From the IMG/VR virus record IMGVR_UViG_3300025769_000069: a stretch of 64,000 nucleotides of DNA; one strand, 5' to 3'. A program made the position numbers and the translations under genes. Origin of the DNA: a virus. Below, one piece after another: positions 1 to 10,074 of the stretch (position 1 is its first letter; each line of letters starts with the position of its first letter). The notes beneath the pieces are model-generated. The model ran no database searches, was not told where the DNA came from, and saw nothing but the letters and a program-made list of their open reading frames with translations.

Positions 1-1
1 T

Positions 2-1177
2 GATGCTGTCGACTCTGCATCAGTAAATGATATGATTGATTCAGCGTTTGGATCTAATGATTATATTCTAGCAAATTTAACAGACATTCCGCTTGGAACG
101 AAAACATCAGGTGATTATGTAAGCACTATTGCTGTTAGTAATGGTATTGCTTCATCTGGTGCCAGCTCAGGCGAAGGAATAGCTCACGCTCTCTCATTAG
201 ACTTCTCTACTTTAACTGATATGACTAGTGGAGTAGCAGGCACCACTGAATTTATTCTTCAAGATGGTACTACAGAATCTCGTAAAGCGATGAGTGAGAT
301 TACTACTTCACAGTTTAATGGTGATGGCCTTACTAGAACTGGAGATATTACTCTAGATGCTTCTGGAGATGTTATACTTGATGCTGCTGCTGGTAATATT
401 AAATTTAAAGATGCTGGTACAGATGCAATCTGGATTAATTATGCTTTGGGGGACAATGTAGAGATTGAAGCACAAGGTGCGAACAATTTAAAAATTCTGA
501 CAGACTTTGGAACAGGTGGAGATGTTAGAATAGGACCTGCTAACGGTATAATTGAATTTACCGAACACGACACAACAGCTGATTTATGGATTGATGTTTC
601 TGGCACTGAACCAACTATATATTCAGGCGCAGGAGATGATATTGTAATTAAATCTGGCGATGATATTATACTTGATGCTGCTGGAGGTGATATAACACTA
701 AAAGATACCGATACGATCTTTGGGGGATTGTCACAATCTGGTGGCCAACTTGTAATTAAATCTGGAACTTCGCCAACAGCTGCTTTGACTTTCAACGATG
801 ATGATGTTACAGTCGAAGGTGCACTTACTGTTGGCAACCTTTCTCTAGATCATAATTCATCTACTAATACTGGATCGACTGAAACGTTAAATTGGTCTAC
901 TTCCGCTTTCTTTCAAATTACATCTGCTAGCAGCTCAAACTTTACAGTGGCTTTCTCTAATATTCCAGCCTCTGGTAAATTTGCTCAAATTATGGTCTTA
1001 TATAAAGCCAGCAATCAGGGTGGTGTAGATATTACATGGCCAGCTTCTGTGAAATGGAGTAGCGGCGCAGTTCCACAAACTCCAGCCGGTCCTTCTCAAG
1101 ATCAACTTTATCAATTCTTTACATTTGATGGTGGAACATCCGTATATGGCGCTGTCGTGGGCCAAAACTTTGCCTAA
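2..1177 (+). CDS. Virion structural/tail fibre-like protein, 5'-truncated (frame open from window start)
   Basis: Frame reads DAVDSASVND into the track ATG at 32 without a stop; G/D/T/S-rich with repeated GDI(I/T)LDA(A/S)G units; C-terminal WPASVKW...DQLYQFFTFDGG domain typical of phage fibre C-termini. Confidence 0.65.
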   Translation, partial: DAVDSASVNDMIDSAFGSNDYILANLTDIPLGTKTSGDYVSTIAVSNGIASSGASSGEGIAHALSLDFSTLTDMTSGVAGTTEFILQDGTTESRKAMSEITTSQFNGDGLTRTGDITLDASGDVILDAAAGNIKFKDAGTDAIWINYALGDNVEIEAQGANNLKILTDFGTGGDVRIGPANGIIEFTEHDTTADLWIDVSGTEPTIYSGAGDDIVIKSGDDIILDAAGGDITLKDTDTIFGGLSQSGGQLVIKSGTSPTAALTFNDDDVTVEGALTVGNLSLDHNSSTNTGSTETLNWSTSAFFQITSASSSNFTVAFSNIPASGKFAQIMVLYKASNQGGVDITWPASVKWSSGAVPQTPAGPSQDQLYQFFTFDGGTSVYGAVVGQNFA

Positions 1178-1186
1178 GAGGTATAA

Positions 1187-2968
1187 ATGCTATTATTACA
1201 TAATCCAAACCTTGGCCATATTGTAAGTTACGATATCAGAAATTTAAGGCCTTCTAGATTAGATAGTGATAATGGCCCTCTGATGGTTGTTGATATGAAT
1301 TACCCTGAATTTAAATCTCAACTTTGGAATAAGCAAGGGCCGTGGAGAGATAGTGCTGACGGGGGACACGCCGGACAAAGGTTGCCGAAAGATTTTTATC
1401 CAAATGACACTGTTCAATATGATTTAGACAGGAGTGCTGGGGATACCTATTTCAGAGGCGGTATTCATAATATTAAATTCTGGCCAGCTGGATACAATGA
1501 AGCTTCTGGTAAAAGTTCTTTCGTTACTGTACATTACGGACCGCCCTATTACTTTGTTAGAAGATATGTTGGATATGGTGCATCACCAACCACTGGTTTC
1601 CAATTACAGCAAGAAGCAAGTCAAATTACTTCATGGCAAGTAAATAATCCTAGGGGAGATCTTTCAGAATTTCATAGATATTATTCTGGCCATAACTTTA
1701 TTGGAGATTCTCAATCATGGGATTATTCTGAAGCAAACTTATTTAGAAATGATTTATATTATGGTGCTTTCTTTAAATCATATCCATATTCTGCAGTAAA
1801 TAATTTAGTTGATGTTGAATTTCCACACAATCAACTGATATGGACTCTAGAGTCTAGAGATGACGTGGCAGGTGACACCCATTGCGGGACCTTAAGAAGA
1901 TATAATACTTCATCCTCTTATTGGCACAATTGGTCTTCTACTGCTTCATTCACCAGCCCAGCAACAACTATTGCTATAGATTCTGATTTTTTAAATGTAG
2001 CCGCAGGTGATGACTGGTATATTGGCCCATCATCCGGTAATTTTGTCGCGTCAGCGGTGAAAATAAGAATTCAAAGACCAGAAAGTGTTGCGATTCCGTC
2101 TACTCAACAAAGTAGAAAAGTTCTAATGCATGTACGTGGAATAATTCCAAGACATGATAGAGGATATAATTATAAAAGTTGGTATGATTGGGATCATCAT
2201 GATAGTATAGGAAGCAACTACGTTGGGTACAGAAGCGATTGGATTATTTCAGCAACTTTAACTGATGCAGCTGATGCTAATATTACGGCTGATAGTAGTG
2301 CTTATCACTTTAATATTGCTCAGCACATCGGATATCAAGGCTCCAATTATTCACCAACGAAACAGAGATATTATACCGACATTCAAGCCTTTGACATTAG
2401 TAATGATGGGAAAATATTAACTGTCGCGGTTGACGATTTTGCTGGCGGCGACGCTATACTAAACTTTACTTTAGATACACCATGGGATTTGCGCACGGTG
2501 CAACCATGGGATTGGTATGATAGCGCTGCTGCGGCTTCTGGCCGCGGTGGGACTGATACACTGTCCGGTTTTGGCATCAGCAAAAGCGTTGGGACCGCGA
2601 TTAATGTTCCAAGGCGGGAGTTTTACACGAACGCAGATAGTGCTATGACATATAGATTATATAACATAGCAGACGTAAAAGGTATGACTGGAGTTGTTGG
2701 TAGTGGTACTTCTTATCTTGGTGACTCTGGTGATTTTACTCACTGGACTATAAACAAAGCCGCCACCTACGAAAGAGGAATAGGTAACGGCATTAATGCT
2801 ATTCAATGGAATGATCGTGGAACCTTATTATACGTAGTGGGCCAAGATGGGGCTGTAGTACAATATGAAACTGGTATATTAAGAGATAGCGCTTTTGCTA
2901 AAGATTTATACTACACCGATGACAGCACTGGACCCGGTGGAAAAATCACTTGGTATGGTAGAAAATAA
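1187..2968 (+). CDS. Hypothetical virion protein with beta-propeller-like C-terminal repeats
   Basis: 593-aa ORF with SD GAGGT; motifs FDISNDGKIL...FTLDTPWDL and WNDRGTLLYVVG...VVQY resemble propeller blades in marine phage structural proteins. Confidence 0.55.
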   Translation: MLLLHNPNLGHIVSYDIRNLRPSRLDSDNGPLMVVDMNYPEFKSQLWNKQGPWRDSADGGHAGQRLPKDFYPNDTVQYDLDRSAGDTYFRGGIHNIKFWPAGYNEASGKSSFVTVHYGPPYYFVRRYVGYGASPTTGFQLQQEASQITSWQVNNPRGDLSEFHRYYSGHNFIGDSQSWDYSEANLFRNDLYYGAFFKSYPYSAVNNLVDVEFPHNQLIWTLESRDDVAGDTHCGTLRRYNTSSSYWHNWSSTASFTSPATTIAIDSDFLNVAAGDDWYIGPSSGNFVASAVKIRIQRPESVAIPSTQQSRKVLMHVRGIIPRHDRGYNYKSWYDWDHHDSIGSNYVGYRSDWIISATLTDAADANITADSSAYHFNIAQHIGYQGSNYSPTKQRYYTDIQAFDISNDGKILTVAVDDFAGGDAILNFTLDTPWDLRTVQPWDWYDSAAAASGRGGTDTLSGFGISKSVGTAINVPRREFYTNADSAMTYRLYNIADVKGMTGVVGSGTSYLGDSGDFTHWTINKAATYERGIGNGINAIQWNDRGTLLYVVGQDGAVVQYETGILRDSAFAKDLYYTDDSTGPGGKITWYGRK

Positions 2969-2989
2969 TTTTAGTTTATAATTAGTTTT

Positions 2990-3026
2990 AAAATAAAGGT
3001 CAACATTGTTGGCCTTTTATTTTTTT
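2990..3026 (+). terminator. Rho-independent terminator (possibly bidirectional)
   Basis: AAAGGTCAAC-ATT-GTTGGCCTTT stem with T-run downstream and A-run upstream. Confidence 0.65.
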
Positions 3027-3041
3027 ATAAATTGATTTGAT

Positions 3042-3049
3042 TATAAATA
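3042..3049 (+). promoter_or_regulatory. T4-type late (gp55) promoter
   Basis: Exact TATAAATA, intergenic, upstream of fibre operon. Confidence 0.8.
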
Positions 3050-3105
3050 AAATCAAATGGAGCAGGGGCGTGTTGGCGCGTCCGACAAAGAAACACGAGG
3101 ATTTC

Positions 3106-3459
3106 ATGGCCCAATATGAAGAGTTTACTATTGACCAAGGCAGCGATGTATCTGTAGAAATAAGCTGCGTAAATATAGACGGATCAGTTAAAGATTTATC
3201 TAACCATACAATCCAAGCAAAAATGAAGAAAAGTTATAACAGTGACTCGGCAGACACTGTTGATTTTACTGCGGGCGTAGGTGTACCAGCAGCTGATGGA
3301 GTTATACTCTTATCTCTTACAAATAGTCAAACTGATGCTATTAAACCGGGAAGATGGGTATATGATGTTGAAATTTCTTTTGTAGATAGTGATGGCGCCG
3401 TAATTAAAGAAAGAATTCTAGAAGGTAGAGTTCAAGTAACACCATCAGTCACTAGGTAA
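3106..3459 (+). CDS. Baseplate/fibre attachment protein (BppU N-terminal-like)
   Basis: True start MAQYEEFTIDQG at 3106 after GAGG; LSLT..QT..IKPGRWVYDVEI...RILEGRVQVTPSVT pattern common before marine phage fibres. Confidence 0.65.
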   Translation: MAQYEEFTIDQGSDVSVEISCVNIDGSVKDLSNHTIQAKMKKSYNSDSADTVDFTAGVGVPAADGVILLSLTNSQTDAIKPGRWVYDVEISFVDSDGAVIKERILEGRVQVTPSVTR

Positions 3460-3465
3460 GAGAAC

Positions 3466-6400
3466 ATGGCAGATAGAATCATAACAACAAAAATTAAAAA
3501 TGTCAAAGTTGGTAGACCAATTAGAAGTACTGTTGGAGCTACTATTACTTTTGGCGGTTTATCAGATACTCTTATCACTCTTCAGGCTCATGATGATACA
3601 ATAATCTGGGATAGCGATTATGCAAGATGGGTAAACGTACCTTCTCTTACTCTTATAGATTCTGCTGTTTCTAATAATAGTACACTACAGTCATCTATTA
3701 GAGAGTTGATTAGTGGTTCTGGCGATGTCCAATATAATTCTTCTACTGGTGTAATTTCTTTAACAACAACTCAATCTAATTTTGATTCAAACTTTAATGT
3801 TGCTATAGATGCCGCAGCTCTAGATGGTGTTGGACTTGCATATGATTCCGGAACTAGAGCTCTTTCAATTGACAGCGCGGAATTAGCATCATACTATAGA
3901 CAAGATATTAGATCTTATTTTTCAGCTGATGGTGATTTATCTTATAATGCCACAACAGGTGAATTTAGTTTTGATGTTGAGAATGTCTATACTCAAGCTA
4001 ATTTCGACTCAGACTTTAACACAACTCTAGATAATGCTGCCATTGATGGTGTTGGTCTTACATACGATGCTGAAAACAATAAATTAAGTATTGACTCAGC
4101 TGAACTTTCACAATATTATAGTACAAATGATATTACTGAAGGTTCCAATAATTTATATTACACAACAGCTCGTTCTGACTCAGATTTTGATGTAAGATTA
4201 GCAACTAAAACCACTAGTGATGTTTCTGAAGGAACTAATTTATATTATACAACAACTAGATTTGATTCTGATTTTGCTGCTATATTTGATTCTAATTTCA
4301 ATATAGCATTAGATGGTGCGGCCCTAAATGGTAATGGATTAGATTATAATGATTTTGACAATACTCTATCCATTGCTGATACGCTAGTTGAAGCAGGCAA
4401 TTATGGTGGAGTTACAACATCATTAGATCTCCGCATTTTGTCAACTGGACAAATTGATTCAGCAGTGGCTAGACCTATCGCTGTTGTTCAAGCATTTACC
4501 TTTAGTGACTCATCTAGAGGGCAATTTACAATAAATACCCCTGCAGGCGACTTCACTGCTACTATGGGTGAGTATGTTACTGATGAAGCAAGAGCAGCTC
4601 TAGTTGCTGGTACTGGTGTAACTTATGACAGCGCTAATGGAATTATTTCAATTGGCCAAGCTGTTGCAACATCAAGTAATGTTCAGTTTAATAACTTAAC
4701 ACTTGATGGTGATCTTACTGTTAATGGCACAACAACCACTATTAATTCTACGACAATAAGTGTAAATGATAAGAATATCGTTCTTGCTGATAGCGCTGTA
4801 GACTCAGCTGCAACAGATGGAGCTGGTATTACTGTTGCAACTTCCGGAGCATCAATTACATACGATCATACAAATGCTACATGGGATTTGAATAGGCCTC
4901 TTGGAAGAGATATTAATGTTCTATCAGAGCATTCTACAGATGATGTATCTGAGGGATCTAATCTATATTATACAACTGCTAGAGCAAATACAGATTTTGA
5001 TACCAGACTTGCAACTAAAACAACTGGTGATCTAACCGAAGGTTCTAATCTTTATTATACTAGATCTAGATTTGATAGTGACCTTGCTTCTGATCCATCA
5101 GTATCGTCAATTAGAACTTATTTCTCTACAACTGGCGATTTAAGCTATGATAATTCAACTGGTGTCTTTAGTTTTAACGTTGAAGATGCTTATACTCAAG
5201 AAAACTTTGAGTCAGACTTTACTCAAGCAGTAGACAGCATATCAACTAATTTAATACCAGGAGCTGATATTACATATGATCTTGGTAGTTCAAGTCGTAG
5301 ATGGAGAGATTTATACTTAAGCGGTAGTTCAATTAATCTTGGTAATTTAGTTATCACAGATAGTTCTGGAATTTTTGCTGTAAAAGATAGTGCTGGCTCT
5401 GTTGTACAAATTGACCTTGCAACTAATACCACTAATGATTTAGCTGAAGGATCAACTAATTTATACTATACAACTGCTAGATTTGATTCTGATTTTGGTG
5501 ATAATACAACAAGTGATCTAACCGAAGGTTCTAATCTTTATTATACAGATGATCGTGTTAATACCTTTTTAGGAAGTGGGAGTGCAACAACATTAACAAC
5601 AACTGGCAACGTTACCGTTGGTGGCGATTTAACTGTTAATGGCACAACAACCACTATTAATTCTACTACGTTATCGGTTAATGATAAGAACATAGTTCTA
5701 GCTGATAGCGCTGCAGATTCTTCAGCTGCTAATGGTGCTGGTATTACTGTAGCTGGAGCTAATGCTACAATCTTATATGATCATGCAAATGCTACATGGG
5801 ATTTAAATAGACCTCTTGGAAGAGATATTAACGTTCTTTCTGAACATAGCACTACAGATCTAAGCGAAGGTTCTAATCTTTATTATACTAGAGCAAGATT
5901 TGATTCTGCATTAGGAGATACTACATCAACTTCTACTATTAGAGGATATTTCTCAGCTGGTGGAGACTTATCATATAATTCTTCTACTGGTGAATTTAGT
6001 TTTGATGTTGAAAATGTTTATACAAAAGCCAACTTCGATTCTGATTTCAACTATGCTCTAGACAGTGCTGCTTTAGGCGGCACAGGGTTAACATATACAG
6101 CTAGTACCAATACATTAAGCATAACTAATACTGGTGTAGATTCAGGCGTATATGGTTCGGCGTCTTTAGTTCCTGTTCTTACTATTAATGCTCAAGGTCA
6201 AATTGATTCAGCTGGAACAGTTTCAGTTGCTGGAGTATCATCAGTTACTTTTGATAGCGCTAATTATAACTACACAATCTCTACAGCTGATGGTGGAAGT
6301 TACTTAAAGAACATTCATACCAGACCTACTCTATCCAATATTGCTGGCACTTATGGCTCAGCTTCAGCAGTTCCTATTGTAAAAGTAGATCAATTTGGTC

Positions 6401-9400
6401 ACGTGGATTCTATTAGCACGGTATCTGTTGCTGGTGTAACTAATTTTGCATATGATTCAGCTGAAGGTAGACTTACAATTAGTACAGCAGATGGTGGATC
6501 TTATCCTACTGTAGTTACTCTAGATCCATTCACCACTACCAATTTAAGTGAAGGTTCGAACCTTTACTATACAACTGCTAGATTTGATAGCGACTTTGGT
6601 GATAATACCACCTCAGATCTTACAGAAGGTTCTAATCTTTATTATACAACTGCACGAGCAGATTCAGATGCTAAGGCAGCAATTTCTGTAACAGATGCTG
6701 GTGGTGATGGTTCATTAACATATAATTCAGGAGTAATAACCTATACAGGTCCATCTGCTTCAGAAGTTAGAGCTCATTTTACAGCTGGAACTGGTGTTTC
6801 TATTTCAAGTGGGGAAGTTTCAATTGGGCAACCTGTTGCAACCACTTCAGATGTTACCTTTGCAAAAATTACAGGTGACTCTGCTAACCTTGATAATATT
6901 AAATTTACAACCTTATCAACACCCCCATCAAGTACATTTGGTACAATGTATTATGACTCTGATGAGCAGAAAGGCCCATCTATTACTCTTCGGACTTTAG
7001 AAAACACTGCACCAGGTGTTACTCTTAATGTAGGCCAAGAGATATTATTATATGTGCATAACTTAACAGGTGCACAAGTCAATAATGGTGATGTAGTTTA
7101 TATTTCAGGCACAGCACATGGTAAACATCCTCAGATATCTTTAGCAAAAGCTGATGCATCTTCTACTGCACAACCAACCGGTGTTGCAACAATGGATATT
7201 CCAGATGGAGCACATGGTTGGGTTACAAGATATGGTATGGTGCGAGATCTTGATACTTCTGCTTATACTGCTGGAGATGTTCTATATCTTTCAAAAGATT
7301 CTGATGGTAAGTTAACAAATACATCAATCACTGTTGATGAAGGGTATCCTGTTCACATAGCAAGAGTTATGACTGCTGATGCAAGCGCAGGTATGATACT
7401 TGTTGATCCATTCTCAGAACATTTTGAATATCTAAGAGTTCAAGATAGAGTGAAAATAGATGGATCACTACAAGCTGATTCAGCTGCTCTTGGACAAATT
7501 GAATTTTCTACTAGCTGGGCTGATAGCCATATTGGATTCACAGAAGGTGCTCTTTGGTATGATCCGTATCATAAAAATTTAAATTATTATACGGACTTCG
7601 ATCATCCAATTGAAATTGGTATGCAAGTTATCGAAAGAGTTTATAACGAAACAGGATCGACAATCAATAAAGGTTCACCTCTTTACTATTCTGGTAATCG
7701 TACCGATATTGCAGGGCAAGAATCGCCTACTGTTGCTCTAGCAAATGCAACATCTTCTACAAAGTATAATGTACAAGGTTTGGCGGCTGAGGATATACCA
7801 AACAATTCATACGGACAGATCGTAGTTGCTGGTGTAATTGATGGTTTTGACACTTCATCATTAAATGCAGGTGAAAATTTCTTTGTTGGTTTAACAGATG
7901 GTGCTGTTCAAAATGCGCCTCCTAGTTATCCAAACTATCCTATGTGTCTAGGTTGGGTGATAATTTCAGATCCAAGTAATGGTAAAGTAATTATAAACCA
8001 ACAAAACCATTCTGTTAATAGCTTTAGGGTTCAAGGTGACACCCATATTAGTTCAAATCTTATTGTTGATGGTAACTTTACGGTTAACGGAACCCAGACA
8101 ATTGCTTCTACAGAAAATGTTAATATTGGTGGTAATATACAATATTTGAACGCTGGTAATACTATTGGTGAAGATAATACAGTATTCGTTGGTACAGGTT
8201 TAGACGACGCATTTTATGCTGGACATTATAGTGGAGATTCATCAAGTAAATCATTCTTTGTAAAAATTGATGGTACAGGCACACCAGATACATTTGAATG
8301 GGGATTTGATAGCTCAGTAGGTACAGAGGCAACAGGTGTTGCGATTACTGGAGCTGAACAAACTTTAGCAGCTGGTATTTCAATTGATTTTGGTGCGACA
8401 ACTGGTCACACGAGTGGAGATAAATGGACTGGTACAGCCAGTGCACTTAATACTGACACTGGCTTATTCTCTAATAAAAATGAAGGTGATGCTGGGAACG
8501 GTTATACACATATCGGTTTGTATTGGGATGCGTCTGAAGATGAGTGGACTTTTGTAGGACAATATGAGTCAGAACCAACGGCACCTATTGATAGATCAGC
8601 ACCCACTTTCCAATATGGCGATGTTAGAGGTAAAGATTTTTATGGTACAACATTTAATGGTGCACTTTCAGGTAATGCAACGACAGCTACAAGATTACAA
8701 ACCGCTAGAAACTTTAGTCTAACAGGTGACATTACTGCAAGTGCAGTATCATTCGATGGTACAGGTAACATACAACTTACCACTGCCTATAATCCTAATT
8801 CAATTGTAAATGGCGATATTAGTCCAACTGCAGCCATTGTAGATACTAAACTGGCTACGATTAGTACTGCTGGTAAAGTACAAAATGGCGCAACAACAGC
8901 AACAAGTGCAAATACAGCTTCTGCTATCGTAGCTCGTGATGCATCTGGTAACTTTAGTGCAGGTACAATTACTGCTGACTTTGATAGATCTGCAAATACA
9001 ACGGTCGCAGCTGGTACATATGGTTCGGCTTCATTAGTCCCAGTCTTAACAATTGATGCTAGTGGATTTATTGATTCTGCCGGCACAGTATCTGTTGCTG
9101 GTGTTTCTAGCACTACTTGGGATTCTGACACTGCAATATTTACCATTAATACAGCAGATGGCGGATCATATGAAACTAGAACATTAATTAATTCTAATCT
9201 TGTTAATCATGATAATACAACAGGCTTTGTGGCTGATGAGCATATTGCTCACTCCGGAGTAACAATTACTGCTGGTACAGGTTTAACTGGTGGTGGTACA
9301 ATAGCTGCTAGCAGAACACTGAATGTTGTTGGTGGTAACGGTATTATTGCTAACGCTAACGATATTCAAATCGACTCTGCTAATGTTAGAGGAATGTTTA

Positions 9401-10041
9401 GTGGTTCAGCTGGCGTAAACTATAACTCATCTACTGGTGCATTTGATGTAGATGAAGCTAACGTAATACATAATAACTTATCAGGCTTTGTAGCTGATGA
9501 GCATATTGCTCACAGTGGTGTATCAATAACAGCCGGTAACGGTCTAACTGGTGGTGGTACAATAGCTGCTAGCAGAACAATTAATGTTGGAGCTGGTACT
9601 GGTGTTACTGTTAATGCTAATGATATTGCGATTGGACAAGATGTTGCTACTTCAGCATCACCTACGTTTGCTGGTGGTACATATACTAGCAATGTTACAT
9701 TCCAAGGTAATATACAATTAGATGAATTTGTAATTAATTCTCAAACTACTACTACCGCAACAGTTTCTCAAACTGCAGTTGCTACATTCTCTGCAACAAC
9801 ATATGGTTCAGCAGAGGCAGTAGTTACAGCAAAAGATGGATCGAATAGACATATAACTAAATTCTTAATAGTACATAATGGAACAAGTGCTTCTCATTCA
9901 GAATATGGTACAGTCTTAACAAATACAAGTTTAGCTACATATGATGTAGATGTAAGTGGAGGAAATGTAAGAATACTAGCAACACCAGCGTCATCAAATA
10001 GCACGGTGTTCAATGTTTCTCTTACATTAATTGATGCATAA
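3466..10041 (+). CDS. Large repeat-rich tail fibre / virion fibre protein
   Basis: 2191 aa, T/S/D/G-rich; about 9 copies of (T/S)T.D(L/V).EG(S/T)NLYYT, duplicated GDLTVNGTTTTINSTT...VNDKNIVLA modules, C-terminal beta domain. Confidence 0.8.
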   Translation: MADRIITTKIKNVKVGRPIRSTVGATITFGGLSDTLITLQAHDDTIIWDSDYARWVNVPSLTLIDSAVSNNSTLQSSIRELISGSGDVQYNSSTGVISLTTTQSNFDSNFNVAIDAAALDGVGLAYDSGTRALSIDSAELASYYRQDIRSYFSADGDLSYNATTGEFSFDVENVYTQANFDSDFNTTLDNAAIDGVGLTYDAENNKLSIDSAELSQYYSTNDITEGSNNLYYTTARSDSDFDVRLATKTTSDVSEGTNLYYTTTRFDSDFAAIFDSNFNIALDGAALNGNGLDYNDFDNTLSIADTLVEAGNYGGVTTSLDLRILSTGQIDSAVARPIAVVQAFTFSDSSRGQFTINTPAGDFTATMGEYVTDEARAALVAGTGVTYDSANGIISIGQAVATSSNVQFNNLTLDGDLTVNGTTTTINSTTISVNDKNIVLADSAVDSAATDGAGITVATSGASITYDHTNATWDLNRPLGRDINVLSEHSTDDVSEGSNLYYTTARANTDFDTRLATKTTGDLTEGSNLYYTRSRFDSDLASDPSVSSIRTYFSTTGDLSYDNSTGVFSFNVEDAYTQENFESDFTQAVDSISTNLIPGADITYDLGSSSRRWRDLYLSGSSINLGNLVITDSSGIFAVKDSAGSVVQIDLATNTTNDLAEGSTNLYYTTARFDSDFGDNTTSDLTEGSNLYYTDDRVNTFLGSGSATTLTTTGNVTVGGDLTVNGTTTTINSTTLSVNDKNIVLADSAADSSAANGAGITVAGANATILYDHANATWDLNRPLGRDINVLSEHSTTDLSEGSNLYYTRARFDSALGDTTSTSTIRGYFSAGGDLSYNSSTGEFSFDVENVYTKANFDSDFNYALDSAALGGTGLTYTASTNTLSITNTGVDSGVYGSASLVPVLTINAQGQIDSAGTVSVAGVSSVTFDSANYNYTISTADGGSYLKNIHTRPTLSNIAGTYGSASAVPIVKVDQFGHVDSISTVSVAGVTNFAYDSAEGRLTISTADGGSYPTVVTLDPFTTTNLSEGSNLYYTTARFDSDFGDNTTSDLTEGSNLYYTTARADSDAKAAISVTDAGGDGSLTYNSGVITYTGPSASEVRAHFTAGTGVSISSGEVSIGQPVATTSDVTFAKITGDSANLDNIKFTTLSTPPSSTFGTMYYDSDEQKGPSITLRTLENTAPGVTLNVGQEILLYVHNLTGAQVNNGDVVYISGTAHGKHPQISLAKADASSTAQPTGVATMDIPDGAHGWVTRYGMVRDLDTSAYTAGDVLYLSKDSDGKLTNTSITVDEGYPVHIARVMTADASAGMILVDPFSEHFEYLRVQDRVKIDGSLQADSAALGQIEFSTSWADSHIGFTEGALWYDPYHKNLNYYTDFDHPIEIGMQVIERVYNETGSTINKGSPLYYSGNRTDIAGQESPTVALANATSSTKYNVQGLAAEDIPNNSYGQIVVAGVIDGFDTSSLNAGENFFVGLTDGAVQNAPPSYPNYPMCLGWVIISDPSNGKVIINQQNHSVNSFRVQGDTHISSNLIVDGNFTVNGTQTIASTENVNIGGNIQYLNAGNTIGEDNTVFVGTGLDDAFYAGHYSGDSSSKSFFVKIDGTGTPDTFEWGFDSSVGTEATGVAITGAEQTLAAGISIDFGATTGHTSGDKWTGTASALNTDTGLFSNKNEGDAGNGYTHIGLYWDASEDEWTFVGQYESEPTAPIDRSAPTFQYGDVRGKDFYGTTFNGALSGNATTATRLQTARNFSLTGDITASAVSFDGTGNIQLTTAYNPNSIVNGDISPTAAIVDTKLATISTAGKVQNGATTATSANTASAIVARDASGNFSAGTITADFDRSANTTVAAGTYGSASLVPVLTIDASGFIDSAGTVSVAGVSSTTWDSDTAIFTINTADGGSYETRTLINSNLVNHDNTTGFVADEHIAHSGVTITAGTGLTGGGTIAASRTLNVVGGNGIIANANDIQIDSANVRGMFSGSAGVNYNSSTGAFDVDEANVIHNNLSGFVADEHIAHSGVSITAGNGLTGGGTIAASRTINVGAGTGVTVNANDIAIGQDVATSASPTFAGGTYTSNVTFQGNIQLDEFVINSQTTTTATVSQTAVATFSATTYGSAEAVVTAKDGSNRHITKFLIVHNGTSASHSEYGTVLTNTSLATYDVDVSGGNVRILATPASSNSTVFNVSLTLIDA
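4708..5890 (+). repeat. Intragenic duplication of a ~90-aa module (about 4708-4980 and 5620-5890)
   Basis: GDLTVNGTTTTINSTT.SVNDKNIVLADSA...ATWDLNRPLGRDINVLSEHST.D.SEGSNLYYT occurs twice. Confidence 0.85.
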
Positions 10042-10074
10042 TAATTTTCCCGGTGGCGAGGAAGGTGTAATTAA

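Noticed and set aside
4708-5890. Duplicated segments as a diversity-generating retroelement TR/VR pair
   Set aside because: Both copies are coding, differences are not adenine-specific, and no reverse transcriptase is in the window
4120-6660. Recurring ~35-nt gaaggttctaatctttattatac repeats resembling a CRISPR array
   Set aside because: In-frame coding repeats with synonymous variation and irregular spacing; no cas genes
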